Of a stretch of 64,000 bases of DNA, positions 1 to 12,903 are shown in pieces (the stretch's first letter is position 1; the number at the start of each line of letters is the position of its first letter). This stretch comes from Mustelus asterias (taxonomy: Eukaryota): assembly GCF_964213995.1 (NCBI RefSeq), contig NC_135815.1, positions 78,802,001 through 78,866,000 on the forward strand, in the 5' to 3' direction. The position numbers and the translations under genes were made by a program. The notes below the pieces were generated by a model, which made no database searches, was not told where the DNA came from, and saw only the letters and a program-made list of their open reading frames with translations.

Positions 1-369
1 CATCATGCAAACCAGCCTCCCATCCACTGACTCTGTCTACACTTCCCACTACCTCGGCAAAACAGCCAGCATAATTAAGGATCCCACGCACCCCGGACAC
101 TCTTCCACCTTCTTCCTTCGGGAAAAAGATAAAGGTCTGAGGTCACGTACCAACCAACTCAAGAACAGCTTCTTCCCTGCTGCTGTCAGACTTTTGAATG
201 GACTTAACTTGCATTAAGTTGATCTTTCTCTACACCATAGTTATAACTGTAACACTATATTCTGCACTCTCTTGTTTCCTTCTCTATGAATGGTATGTTT
301 TGTCTGTATAGCGTGTAAGAAACAATACTTTTCACTATGTTAATACATGCGACAATAAATCAAATCAAA
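1..369 (+). mobile_element. Rex1/Babar-type LINE 3' end
   Basis: ORF 5..217 (ASIIKDPTHPGH...KNSFFPAAVRLLN) matches the Rex1 ORF2 C-terminus; tail AATAAATCAAATCAAA; same family recurs at 9.9, 16.1 and 50 kb. Confidence 0.75.
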
Positions 370-1271
370 GTCTGAAACATCGCCTCCTGTACTCTCCAGA
401 GCAAAGGTCTGACCTAACTTCAAGGAGAAGCAGTATGGGGTACCATTCAGAAGGCAATCTTACACCTGTCAAGTTTAATGCCGTGTAAAGTTACACTTGG
501 TGTGATGCCAAAACACATTTTAAAACTACCCTGGGATATCTTGGATTTTGTAAATGTTTAAATTAACTCAGACAGGTTTACAATGTGCAGACACTGTTGC
601 ATGATGTTGTGACATTATTTTAACAAAGGGGAGAAGAATGCTTTCTTGGACAGATGAGGAGCTATGGCCAGTCTGTGAGAATGGGGCACCACACTGTGCA
701 AAGAATTTGAGGAGGATTTATACCTGAAAAATTAACTTGCCATTTGTTTTCTTGATGATTGACTGCTGGCTAAAATTCCCAATCCTCCCACAATGACCGA
801 ATGTCTACCAGAACTGGGGTTCTTATCTCAAACTATAGGTCAAAAAATCCAGGAGATCACCAATTGAAATTGGCCATCATTGTACACCCACATAAACAAC
901 AAACAATACAGGTTATTGCAAATAATTACAATTAGCCTGGCAACAGGAGACAGAACAACATTAAACTGCATTAACTTCAAACAAAATAATTTCCATCATT
1001 CCCAGGGAGCCACGGCTGGTTGGTGGGGAAGAGATGTAGGCAGGAAAGCCGGGACAAGAAAGATGTACATTTTGCATGGGCCCAGTGGATGGAGTTGGAG
1101 ATATGGGAGGGTGGTGTCTCAGGGGAAAAGGAGGGGACTTGCAGATTTGGGGACTCAAGTGGGTTTGCCCTGCTATCCTCTCTGCTCACAGATGACTTCC
1201 TAATTCTCAGGAATTGTCGCACAGAGCAAAGATACTCAACCACAGAAGGCCCATTGCTATAAGGTAACTTT

Positions 1272-1416
1272 TGTAGAATCGTAGAATCCCAAAGGTGCAG
1301 AATGAGGCCATTCGGCCCATCGAGCCTGTACTGACAACAATCCAGGCTCTGTGCCCACTAGTCCCACTAAGGGGCAATATAGCATAGCCAATCAACCTAA
1401 CCCACACATCTTTGGA
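1272..1416 (-). mobile_element. HE1-type V-SINE 3' fragment
   Basis: Matches the 3' half of the full copies (GGCCATTCGGCCCATCGAG, TAAGGGGCAAT, CAACCTAACCC). Confidence 0.75.
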
Positions 1417-1884
1417 AAAGGCATAAGAGAAGGTGTCACATGATCATATAGTCAGAACATCATGTGGAATGCCTTCAACATGAAATGGCAACCCCACGTT
1501 TATCCCACTGAGTTATCTCCACTGTTTAATTTTTATTTGGATTCCAGCATTTGCAGACTTTTGGATTCTGAAATACAAGGGAACAGATTGTGGTACAAAT
1601 CAGTGCTGCCTCGCCGGGAGATGGTAAAGGTGGCAGTCTGGGTGCAGGTAAACAAGAATATAATTTTGTATAAAATAAAAAATCCGAAATAGAAAAAATG
1701 CAACATCTATGGGGTAACAAGAATTAACGTATCAGGTCGACAGGCTTCCATCAGTGTAATTTTAACCCACTGTATCGAAATATTATTGTTGAAATATAAT
1801 TCGATGCGATATTAGACTCAACAATTTGCACGAAGCAGCCTAAAGAGCCGTTTTCATACTGAGGAATTCAAAGGCACCGGTTCA

Positions 1885-2240
1885 AGCCACTCACCTGCTT
1901 ACTCCTGGGCTCCAGCGCTTCCCAATTACGTCAACGAATTTCGGCGCTTCCTAATTACGTCAACTAATTTCGGCGCCTCCCAATTACGTCAACTAATTTC
2001 GGCGCCTCCCAATTACGTCAACTAATTTCGGCGCTTCCCAATTACGTCAACTAATTTCGGCGCTTCCCAATTACGTCAGCTAATCCCGGCGTCGCATGTT
2101 CATGACGTTTAATTGGGCGCCTTGCAATGACATTTTAACCGTCCGGCATTCGCAATGAATCACGTGAGGGTATAAGAGGACGAGTCATTCTAATCCCCTG
2201 AGCCGTGGTCAAACTTGGAGTGAACGAGTAATGTATGTGG
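1885..2240. promoter_or_regulatory. Candidate bidirectional promoter (genes not identified)
   Basis: Local CpG enrichment; minus-strand donors CAG|GTGAGT (1895/1894) and GGA|GTAAGC (1903/1902); TCACGTGA E-box 2160-2167; TATAAGA 2171-2177; possible plus-strand donors GTAATG/GTATGT near 2228-2238. Confidence 0.55.
1915..2091. repeat. Minisatellite, about 6 x 29 bp (CCCAATTACGTCAACTAATTTCGGCGC[TC]T)
   Basis: Units start at 1921, 1950, 1979, 2008, 2037 and 2066; near-identical, last unit degenerate. Confidence 0.97.
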
Positions 2241-2478
2241 CAGCAATGTTTCCGGCATCATTTTAAAAGAATGTTTAAGTTTCGAACATCGGGTCTCGAT
2301 GCTGTCTTGTAGAATCCCCCCCTCCTGTAATGTGAGAGATATTTGTGTCTGTCAGGGCTGCCACAGGGGAGTGTCTTCACGAAGCCTCCCCAAATGGCGG
2401 GGAGCCTCGCCTGCTCTCAGAACTAACCCCCCCCCCCCCCAAACAATCACTGAGTTGTAGGGTGCAAAGGAAAGGGGG

Positions 2479-2812
2479 AATCATAGAAACCCTACAGTGC
2501 AGAAGGAGGCCATTCGGCCCATCGAGTCTGCACCGACCACAATCCCACCCAGGCCCTACCCCCACATATTTTACCCGCTAATCCCTCTAACCTACGCATC
2601 CCAGGACTCTAAGGGGCAATTTTTTTAACCTGGCCAATCAACCTAACCCGCACATCTTTGGACTGTGGGAGGAAACCGGAGCACCCGGAGGAAACCCACG
2701 CAGACACGAGGAGAATGTGCAAACTCCACACAGACAGTGACCCGAGCCGGGAATCGAACCCGGGACCCTGGAGCTGTGAAGCAGCAGTGCTAACCACTGT
2801 GCTACCGTGCCC
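2479..2812 (-). mobile_element. HE1-type V-SINE, full length
   Basis: tRNA-like head (CAGTGGTTAGCACT...GGTTCGATTCCC), V core (GGGTTTCCTCCGGGTGCTCCGGTTTCCTCCCAC), CR1-like tail ending TTCTATGA. Confidence 0.9.
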
Positions 2813-2867
2813 CTTAAAGCAAATGAATGAATGCCCCTTACAGCAAATCAACACTCCTCGTGCAGTT

Positions 2868-2995
2868 AAAAGCAAATTAATGTGGATGCTGGAATCTGAA
2901 ACAAAAACATAAAATGCTGGAAAATCTCAGCAGGTCTGACAGCATTTTAGGCGAGAGAATAGAGCCAACGTTTCGAGTCTGGATGACTGTCAGAG
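2868..2995 (-). mobile_element. Penelope-like terminal (pLTR) fragment with degenerate hammerhead core
   Basis: Minus strand CTGACAGTCATCCAGACTCGAAACGTT followed by the CTGCTGAG...TTCCAGCA motif shared with the 40301 copy. Confidence 0.65.
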
Positions 2996-3029
2996 TTTTG
3001 TGTGGGGAGGTCTTTTACCTCATTTTCTT

Positions 3030-3390
3030 GTGCCATGTCACTGAACTAGTATTCCAGAGACCCAGGGTAATGCTCTGGGGGCCCAGGTTCAAATCCACCA
3101 TAGCAGGTGATGAAATTTGAATTGAATTAAAAGTGACCATGACTTGATTGTTTTGTAAAAACCCATTTGTTTCACTAATGTCTTTTTAAGAAAGGAAAAC
3201 TGTCATCCATACCTGGTCGGGCCTGCATGTGACTCCAGAGCCACAGCAATGTGGTTGACTTTCAACTGCCCTTTGAAAAAGCCTAGCAAGCCACTCAGTT
3301 GTTTAAGAAGACAGCTCAACGCCAGCTTCTCAAGGGCAACAAGGGATGGGCAATAAATGCTGGCCAGTCAGTGACCCACAAATGAATAAA
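3030..3390 (+). mobile_element. tRNA-derived SINE sharing its 3' tail with a Crack/Daphne-like LINE
   Basis: B-box GGTTCAAATCC; tail GGGATGGGCAATAAATGCTGGCC also found at 55724-56090 and at the LINE end near 35850. Confidence 0.65.
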
Positions 3391-3659
3391 AAGTCTGAGC
3401 TCTGTTTTGGTGAGGCTCCTGTTGTTGCTGTTCTTTTCCCCAATGTAGCATCTCCACATCTTTCAAAACAATTATCTCAACAGAGTTCCTTTTTTGTCTC
3501 TCTCCAGTCATTTTTTTTGGAGCTTAGATTCATTTATCATGCACAGATTGCCTCATTGAGCAATCATTTTTTGGTGCAATGCTTAGAAAAACCTCGCTGT
3601 CCTTTAAGTGGAATAAAAGGAGTAACAGAACAATTTCCTTGTTTTATAAGAGTACTGAG

Positions 3660-4460
3660 GATTCTGGAAATCTGGAATGATAGAATATACTGAAAATACT
3701 CAGCAGGTTAGGCAGCATCTGTGGAGAGAAAAAAGTTAACATTTCAGTGAAATGACTTCATTAGAATTGAGGAAAAATAGAGATGTAGGTTTTGAGCAAG
3801 GTGGAGGAAGAACAAAAGAAAATGATAAAATGAAAGGCATAAGAAATTAAATGAAAAGGGTCTTGTAATGTGTAAAGAAACAAAAGATGTGTCAAGATGA
3901 GCGGTGAAAGCTGGGTAACAGTGGAACAAGAAAAATCAAACCAGCAAAACAAAAAGAAAAATTGTGGAGGTCGAGGCCCTAAAATTGTTGAACTCTTGTT
4001 GAGCCCAGAAAATGAGATGCTGTTCCTCAAGCTTGCATTGAGCTTCACTGGCCCAATACCAGGCCAAAGTGGGATTAAAGTGGAGAACTGAAATGACTAG
4101 TTATGGGGAGCTCAGGATCATGCCTATTGACTGAACAATGGTGTCCCATAATGTGCCTACCTTGTGAGCAGTATACTAAATTGAAAAAAGTATATTTCAA
4201 TTGTTAATTAAAACAAAATGCTGGAATTACTCAGCAGGTCAGGCAGCAACTGTGGAGAGCAAAACAGTCAATATTTCAAGTTGATTTTTCACTAGAGTTG
4301 AGAAAAGTTAGAGATGGAATACCTTTTGAGAAAGGAGGGATCAGATCAGGACATTTGCTAGGGTGAAAGATAGGAAACATTGAATGACAATCTTTGTCAA
4401 TAAAAAACTGAAGACTTTGTCTTTCAGGCCAAAGGAAATGGTGATGAAGCAAGAAATGAG
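3660..4460 (-). mobile_element. Decayed Penelope-like element with two pLTR copies
   Basis: TACTCAGCAGGT.AGGCAGCA.CTGTGGAGAG occurs near 3697 and 4228; body similar to the 23.7-25.3 kb and 51 kb elements. Confidence 0.6.
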
Positions 4461-5289
4461 ACAAAGGATGTCCCTAGAACAGGTGTGCTGCTGTTTCATT
4501 TGGAGTGTTTAAGAATTTGGATGGTGTGATCCATGTGCTAGGAAAAAAAGCCATATTTTCTTTTGTACAATACTTTAAGAACAAAATGTGCTGGTGAGTA
4601 TTTTGAAAGAGAGTTAATTGGTTTGCTGATTATGAGAGTGGTTGCAAGAAATGTGCATGTGACATGGGGTTATCGTAAGGGTGAACAGCAAAGAAGCAAA
4701 TGATAAATAGAAAGCCAATTGCAGAGTCAGACTGCTTCTCTGTTTGGCAATTCATGAGACTGGGAATTGGTGCAAAAAGAAAACAAACTACACACTCTGG
4801 CACTTTTACAGTAGATTCTGACATCGAAGCAGGGCACTAAGAACAGTAGTGTGTGTTATATTGTTGGAAAGGACAGAAAACTGAAACAAGGAGAGTGAGG
4901 GATTGTGGGTTAGACAATAACCCTTGCTGCTGTTAAGTGGTGCCAGACTGCTTAAGTAGATTGGGGAACAGATTTGGAGGCTTCAGCGGAACTATTGCTG
5001 ATGGAATTTTTCTAGCACCCTTATGCATCACCACTACACAGTTCAGGTCTCATTGCAGTACAGGAGTATGCTGACGACAATTGGTCTAGGACTTTTGTTG
5101 ACTTGCCCAATGTGTTTGTTATCAAACGCTCACTGCCATGGTTTGTAGAAGGCTGAACTGGCACAGCTAATCAGTTTTAGATCTCCTCATTAAGCTGCCA
5201 TGTGAAGTGCTCAGCTGTATGGGAGGTGGAATGTTTTGTTGACCAGGCGTGAGTTGATGGACAAGTTTTATTTTGGCAACACTCAAGGA

Positions 5290-5525
5290 CAAGTCAAGTT
5301 TCTTGTATGCAGAATTGAAGAGATAATGTCAGCTGTACTAGATTCCTGTGCCCAGACCACTAAGCTAGAGCATTGTTGTCACCAGTACTGGTTCAACAAA
5401 AATGATGTTCAAGTATCGGAACTCCTGGAACAAAAGCAAACAACCTTCATTGCTTGGCAGAAAACCCCAACGTCACAACTCAAGAAGGCAGCATTCCAAC
5501 AACTCAAGCTTAGCATCCAAAGATA
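5290..5525 (+). mobile_element. RTE-clade LINE fragment
   Basis: HQYWFNKND...LLEQKQTTFIAWQ...KKAAF resembles the RTE/BovB ORF region between endonuclease and RT. Confidence 0.6.
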
Positions 5526-5960
5526 AAGGTGCGGATTTAAATTTGGGGGGCATGCATAAGAAATTTGCCGATGACACAAAAATTGGCTGTCTGATTGACA
5601 AACAGAAAAGTGGTAAACGGAATTCAACCCAGAGAAATTGAGGTCCTGCATTTAGCAAGGGCAAACATGACTAGGAAATGCAAAACACGTAGTTAGATAC
5701 TGAGAATGTGGAGGAACAGGGTGACCACACATGTCCACAGATCTCTGAAGATGGCAGAAGAGGTGGTTAAGACGGCATGTGGGATACTTTCCTTTATTAG
5801 CCAAGGCTTAGGGAATAAAAAATGACGAGGCCACAATTAGTACACATTACAAGAAGGATTACATATGTGGTAGCAATTGAGAGGGTACATAGGAGATTTA
5901 CAACCATGTTGCCATGAATGGAGAATTTTAGCTATGAGGAAACATTTGGATAAGCTTGTT
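5525..5960 (+). mobile_element. Old CR1 RT fragment
   Basis: KFADDTKIG motif followed by decayed downstream CR1 sequence. Confidence 0.7.
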
Positions 5961-8509
5961 GTTTATGGCTTCTTGCTATGAGCCAAGCCTCATGTTACCA
6001 ACTTCACCATAATGCTGCCATTTGTTACACAATAGTTTAATGAAAACAATTGAACTATAGAAAAATGGGACAAAGACCAAAGTCTCAGTAACAATTCATT
6101 TGGAAAAAAGGTTAACCAGACAGATTAATTGAGACAGGATGCTACTGCTCTAGCTGTTTCCTACGATTTTCTTCCCCCTTCCCTGTTTTTCACTTAATTA
6201 TAGTTGACATGGATGAAGGCAGCCATCAGGTACCTCATTCAAATTAGCTTTCCTTAATCATGAGCCAAGTAAGCTATTCAACTAAAGAGAGAATCACAAC
6301 TGAGCCTGATCAAGTCCCCACGATTCACCTATACTACATATATGCAACTGGCATGAAATTTTAAATATCAATTGGGAGAAGAATCCCTTGCTTTGATTTG
6401 TATCCATTTTCAAACCAGAGTCGCACTGATTCATTCTAACATTACAAATACTGCTTCAGCTAGTACAGACTGGAAATCTAATTGTGCAGCTTCGAGCAGC
6501 TATGGCTTAATGTGACACAAGTACACCAGGTGAATGTTTCCATTGGGACATCAAAGTCTATGAGAAAATAAAACAGTGAAATTTTAATTTTTGCAATTTT
6601 ACAATTATTTTGTACAGATTTTATCGCTATTTATGCAAAATAGAGAGAAGAAAACAAGAAATTATTTATTGAGACTCCTGTGTATAAAACTAGCCTTGGA
6701 TAGGTCCCTATTTCCTGAATTAAACCAGACCTAAAAGATTGCCATCTGGACAACATATAACAAGGAAATCTCTGAAACTGCAGTTTTAAAAATACCACCG
6801 TTGCCATGGCAATGCATTTCCTTTAGCACGTATACAGAGGAAATGCAATTAGATGGAATGATGTCAGCTGCACAAATTATTTCACTTGTAAGACTCAAAT
6901 TTTAAAATCATATTGAAAAGGACTAATGCTGAAGCTGATGTGAGTCTGAACTTAAAGCGTTGCTTTTTCTGTTGGCAAAAGTAGTGACTAGTGTTTTCCA
7001 TGCAGGCTGTTATCAATCTGCCTAAAAATCCCTGAAGTGACAACACCCGTTTTAATCCTTTCAGTGCCCGATGCTGCCTTATAGATTTTCAAATATTCTT
7101 ATTTTCATCAAATTAGTTACTCGGCAACCTTACTTGGAAAACACCAGGTGCCACAATTGCAACGTTTAGTTTGAATATTTGAGTGAAACAGATTCATTTT
7201 ATTTGAATTTTGGGCACATCACAGTGAAGCATGTTAGTGCTAGAAAGTGGAGCATTTTGTATTTTAGACTCCCGTGTCAGGAAACACTCCCAGATATAAC
7301 ATGGTCAAGTAAAATTCTCCTTCGCTAACCTCAAAATAAAATCACTCGGATTAGTGTGCTCTTTAAAAAATTTCCATCTCTAAACTAGGCTGATACCAAC
7401 CCAGAGTCATTTCACCAAGGATGTTTTACGATCAATTGACAGGGGAAACATTTGTCTTAATTAGTTTGTATTGGTATTGATTTGAGATCCCAGAAGTGAA
7501 AGGTCAGTGCCTAACTTACTCGATTGCACAAGTCCAGGAAAAAATCATAAGTCTTGTTACATTTTGGTATGAAAATGTTAATAAAGCTCTGTGGCTAAAT
7601 TAGCACTAGGAGACTGCTCTTCCAAGTTGTGCTGTGAAAATTCTCAACATTCAAATATCAAAATAACAAACATTTCATGATTTAGCGATCACATAAGAAA
7701 TATGTTAACACGTTGAATAAATTTGAAATTCTGTTGTGAAGAAGCTAGAATTTGCCTTCCACTGTAATCTGTCAATAAGCTTTTTGTCTGTGCCATATGT
7801 TTAATGTCTTTTGGTGATGCTGAAACTTTCCTACGCTTCAGAAGACTCAATTTTTTGTTCAAGAGAAATGGAGACACAATCTGATTTTAATGAGAATTGT
7901 TCCAGGAGAAATTTTTCTTCGTGGGGTGAGCAACATCTATTTAGTGCCTTCCAGATGCTATGATTGAAATTACTTTATAGAGAAAACCCACTTACTGCTG
8001 TTCACCACCCAAACTATATCAATGAACTAACATGTTTTATCACCACTGCTGCCCACAAATAAACATTCCTAATATGACATGATTGCCTGATTGATGCTAA
8101 GATTTTACAGTATTTATAAGCCAGTCTCTTTTGCTAATAACTTATTTTCTATTTCTTTTTCACAAATATCTAAAAAAAACAATGGACTGCACCAGTTGTA
8201 GATTTGATCACAATGACTGTAGTTAAATATAATTACATCAACGTGCCATATTATTAACTAGTTAACTCCCACTCTGACATCTCTGTCCCCAACCCTATGT
8301 TGTTATCATAAGAATAGAATAATAGAAAATCCAATGATGCAAGCAGTGAACCTTCAACACCCAAGACTGATTTCAGTAACTTCAGATTGTAACTGTTGCT
8401 TTCAGTTTTTCAGACAGCAGGTGCTGATAATGTTTCTGTCATCTACAGCTCTAGTCTAGATCAATATTTGTCCCATTATCAATCATTTTGTCATTTAATC
8501 ATTCCTACC

Positions 8510-11500
8510 CAGAATCACAGAATTATTATGGTAACAAAGAAGGCCATTTGGCCCATCACGTTAGTAGTGGCTCTGCAAATGAGCATTATAACAGTGCCAA
8601 TTTCCTGTCTTTTCCCGTAACTCTATTCTATTCAAATAATCATCTAATGCCCTCTTGAATGCCTCGATTGAACCTGCCACCACCACACTTCCAGGTAGTG
8701 TATTCCAGACCTGAACCACTCACTGTGTAAAAAGGTTTTTATCCCATATTGCATTTGCTTCTTTTGTAAATCACATTAAATCTTTGCCCTCCCGTTCTCA
8801 ATCCTTTTGTGAGCAGGAACAATTTCTCCCTATGTACTCTATCCAGCCCCCCCGTGATTTTGAACACTGCTATCAAATCTCCTCTTAGCCTTCACCTCTT
8901 CAAGGAGAACAGGCCCAACTTTTCTAATCTAACTTCATAACTGAAGTTTCTCATCCCTGGAATCATTCTTGTAAATCTCTTTCATACTCCCTCTGATGCG
9001 TTCTCATCCTTCTTAACATGTGGTGACCAGAACTGTACATAATATTCCAACTGAGGTTTAAATAGTGTCTTATACAAATTCAGCATAAGCCCCTTGTTCT
9101 TGTACTCTATGCCCCTATTAATAAAGCCTGGGATACCGTGTGCTTTAATAACTGCTCTTCCCACTTGTCCTGTGGCCGTTATGAGTTTCATATATATCCC
9201 TCTGCTCCTGTACAACCTTTAGAGTTGTACCCATTATTTTATATTGTGTCTCCACGTTCTTCCTACCAAAATGAATCACCTCATACTTCTCCGTATTGAA
9301 CTTCATCTGCCCCCTCTCTGCCCTATCAACCAACTTACCTGTGTCCCTTTGAAGTTTTACACTGTCTGCACAGTTTCTAATGCTTCCAAGCTTTGTATCA
9401 TCTGTAAATTTTGGAATTGTCCCCTGTGCACCGAGTCCTAGATCATTAATATACATCAGGAAAAACAAGGGTCCCAATAGCTATAAACCTTCCAGCCTGA
9501 AAAATAACCATTAACTATTACTCAGTTTCCTATTATTTAGCCAATTCTGTATCCACGTTCCTACTGTCCCTTTTATTCCAAGAGCTATAAATTATCTCTC
9601 AAATCTGTGTTGTGGCACTGCATTGAATGCTGTTTGAAAGTCCATATACAGCACATCAACAGCATTACCCTAATCAACCTTCTCTGATATCTTTTCAAAA
9701 AACTTTGTTTAAACACTCTTTTCCCTTAAGAAATCCATGCTGGCTCTTCCTAATCAACCATCATTTTTCGATGTGATTATTAATTCTATCGCAAATAATT
9801 GTTTTTAGAAGTTTCCCCACCGTCAAAGTAAAACTGGTCTGTAATTGCTGGGCTTATCCCTACAACCTTTCTTTGAACAAGGGCAAAATGTTTGAATTGA
9901 TTTGATTTATTATTGTCACATGTATTAGCATACAGTGAAAAGTATTGTTTTTTGCATGCTATACAGACAAAGCATACCGTTCATAGAGAAGGAAATAAGA
10001 GAGTGCAGAATGTAGTGTTACAGTTATAGCTAGGGTGTAGAGAAAGATCAACTTAATGCAGGGTAGGTCCATTCAAAAATCTGATGGCAGCAGGGAAGAA
10101 GCTGTTCTTGTGTCGGTTGGTACGTGACCTCAGACTTTTGTATCTTTTTCCTGACGGAAGATGATGGAAGAGAGAATGTCCGGGATGCGTGCGATCCTTA
10201 ATTATGCTGGCTGCTTTTCCAAGGCAGCGGGAAGTGTAGACAGAGTCAGTGGGTGGGAGGCTGGCTTGCCTGATAGATTGGGCTACATTCACAACCTTTT
10301 GTAGTTCCTTGCGGTCTTGGGCAGAGTCGGAGTCATACCAAGCTGCGATACAACCAGCACCAATTCAAGTCTAAGGGAGTCTGAAAGATCATGGCCAGTG
10401 CCTCTGCAATTTATACCCTCGCTTCTTTCAATATCCTTGGAATATCTCATCTGGTTCCAGTGCCTTGTCAACTTTTAAGTATTGACAGTTTATCCAATAC
10501 GTCAGTTTTGGACCCTTCTATATCCTCTGTCACCATGGCCTGGTAGTATCTGATTCCTTGGTAAAGATATGCAAAGTATTCATTGAACACCTCAGCCATA
10601 CCCCTTGCCTCCATGTGTAAACCCCTCTTGGGTCCCTAATAGGTTCTATTCCATTTACCACCCGTTTACTATTTATGTGCCTATAGAAGACTTTGGGATT
10701 CCCCTTTATGTTGGTTGCCAGTCTTTTCTCGTAATCCCTCTTTGCTTATCTGAAACTGCTGTTTCACCTCCCCTCTGAGCCTCCTGTATTGAGGCTGGTT
10801 CTCAATTGTATTTTTTTCCCTGACACCTGCTATGAGCACACGTTTTCTTCTTTATCTTGATTTCTATTTCTTTTTTCATTCAGGGAACTCTGGATTTGTT
10901 TGCCTTACCTTTCCCTTTTGAGGGAGTACACTTTGATTGTACCCAAACCATTTCTTTTTTTTAAGTTGGCCCATTATTCAGCCACAGTTTTTTCCTGCTG
11001 ACCTGTGGTTCCACTTGATCTGGCCTAGTTCAATTCTTGCACCATTGAAGTCAGCTCTCTTCCAGTTGTTCTTACTCTGGATTGCCCATTGGTCTTTTCT
11101 AACATCATCCTAAATCTTATGATACAATGATCACTCTCTCTTAAATGTTCCCCCACTGACACTTGATTTAGCAGGTCCACCTCATTTCTGAGAACCAGCT
11201 CCAGCCCTGCTTCCGTTCCTGTTGGACTGAACTCATACTGATGTAGAAAATTCACCTGAACATTATACACTTGCCCACTATACTACCTCTGAGCCAGTCT
11301 ACATTTGAGTAATTTAAGTCCTCTATTATAACTACTCGATAATGTGTGCACCTCTCTGTAATTTCCCTGCAGATTTCTTTCTTTATGTCCTTTACGTCCT
11401 TCCCACTCATTGATGGTTTGTGGACTACACCAAGCAATGTGTTTGCACCTATTTTGTTCCTTAGCTCTAGCCAAATTGATTCTGTCCTTAAACACGCTGG

Positions 11501-11525
11501 AACATCCTCTTTCTCCACTACTGCA
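8510..11525 (-). mobile_element. Decayed CR1 LINE (endonuclease to 3' UTR) interrupted by Rex1
   Basis: ORF fragments GPLFFLMYINDL, KFTDDTKLG, LEYYVQFWSP, ESDH, ESIWLELRNK. Confidence 0.85.
9893..10356 (-). mobile_element. Rex1-type LINE 3' end nested in CR1
   Basis: ORF 10053..10292 (HPGHSLFHHLPSGKRYKSLRSRTNR); (TTTGA)n tail near 9893-9907. Confidence 0.8.
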
Positions 11526-12093
11526 ATGCTCTCCTTAACCAATACTGCCACTCCATCACAGACTTTCCCCTTTATTCTTTCCTCCCCTCCCTCCACCTTC
11601 CCTACTACCACATCCCTCTTCCATTTTTCTCTGAATTTGCTTATTAAACTATTAAATCTGTAACTTCTCCCAGTTCTGAAATGTTAAATTTGTTTCTCTG
11701 TTGTCAGATGTTGGCTGACTGGCTGAGTATTCCAGCAGTTTCTGTTTTATTTCAATGGATCTGTTCCAAGCTTTTCTAATACCCCATCGTTACCTCTCTG
11801 AACCAGTTATCATGAGGCAAACAAGAGCAAACTGGCACCTTTTCATTCTACACCACTTTTTGCCATCTTGGTGCCTCCCTACAGTGACAAAACTGAAGTT
11901 GGGAGCTCAGTAGATGTGGATACTGATCCTGCATTTTGTCACTGTGCCACTTTGTGTCAATGTTCAAATGCACCACTCTTAAGATTTTTAAAAAAATGCA
12001 TATTCATTAAAAATAATACTTCATGCAAATAGGGCAGTATATTCTTAGTAAAATAGCACTATTAAGGTTCTTTATAACCAACATATTTTTTAA

Positions 12094-12392
12094 AAGTTTA
12101 TTTATTAGTGTCGTAAGTAGGCTTACATTAACACTGCAGTGAAGTTACTGTGAAAATCCCCTAGTCGCCACACTCCTGCGCCTGTTCAGGTACACTGAGG
12201 GAGAATTTAGCATGGGCAATGTACCTAACCAACACACCTTTCGGACTGTGGGAGAAAACCGGAGCACCAGAGGAAACCCATGCAGACACGGGGAGAACAT
12301 GCAGACTCCATACAGTGACCTAAGCTGGGAATCGAATCCGGATCCCTGGCACTGTGAAACAGCAGTGCTAACCACTGTGCCATCATGCCGCC
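12094..12392 (-). mobile_element. V-SINE with alternative tail (tail B)
   Basis: HE1-like head and core, but 3' tail GTGTGGCGACTAGGGGATTTTCACAG...AATAAATAAACTTT. Confidence 0.85.
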
Positions 12393-12897
12393 CTCTCAAT
12401 AACCTACTGCGAAGTCCTTTTGGGATTTGATCCAACCCATTGAGTTGTAACATGGCAACTGTCAATGATAGGTGATGCAAATGTCAAACACAAAATTTGG
12501 AACAAGAGAATGTGATTGTTTGAATGACAAACATGAGGCTATTGTGTCATTGCTGTTATAGAAATGTGCAGCGTCCTTTTTGTTGTTACTACAGCAGAGT
12601 TAAACCATACAAAGACTGTGTGCAGTAACCTTTGGAACACCTGAACACAAACCTCCATATAATTTCAAATTCTCAAATTGATAACAGGATCTGCTTTAGG
12701 CTGGGTGCTTTTTTTTTGTTCTTACAATTGGACTTACACTCTGGCCCAGTAACTGCTCCAGTTCCTCCCCTCATTGATGGCATCAAGTGCAATGTTCACC
12801 TAATCAATTGTGCAGGATCATCGAAGAAATTCAGTGTTGGTCTCGAGTTTTAGTTATGAGATACATGAATTTTCTTGCTGATTATGCAATCTCCTGG

Positions 12898-12903
12898 TTT
12901 ATT
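12898..12903 (-). terminator. Candidate poly(A) signal of the ARF6-like gene
   Basis: Minus-strand AATAAA about 850 nt after the stop, in AT-rich unique sequence. Confidence 0.35.

Noticed and set aside
1915-2091. CRISPR-like array of 29-bp repeats
   Set aside because: Units are head-to-tail with no unique spacers, there are no cas genes, and the context is vertebrate
2740-2812. tRNA genes at SINE heads
   Set aside because: A and B boxes run directly into SINE bodies repeated many times in the window
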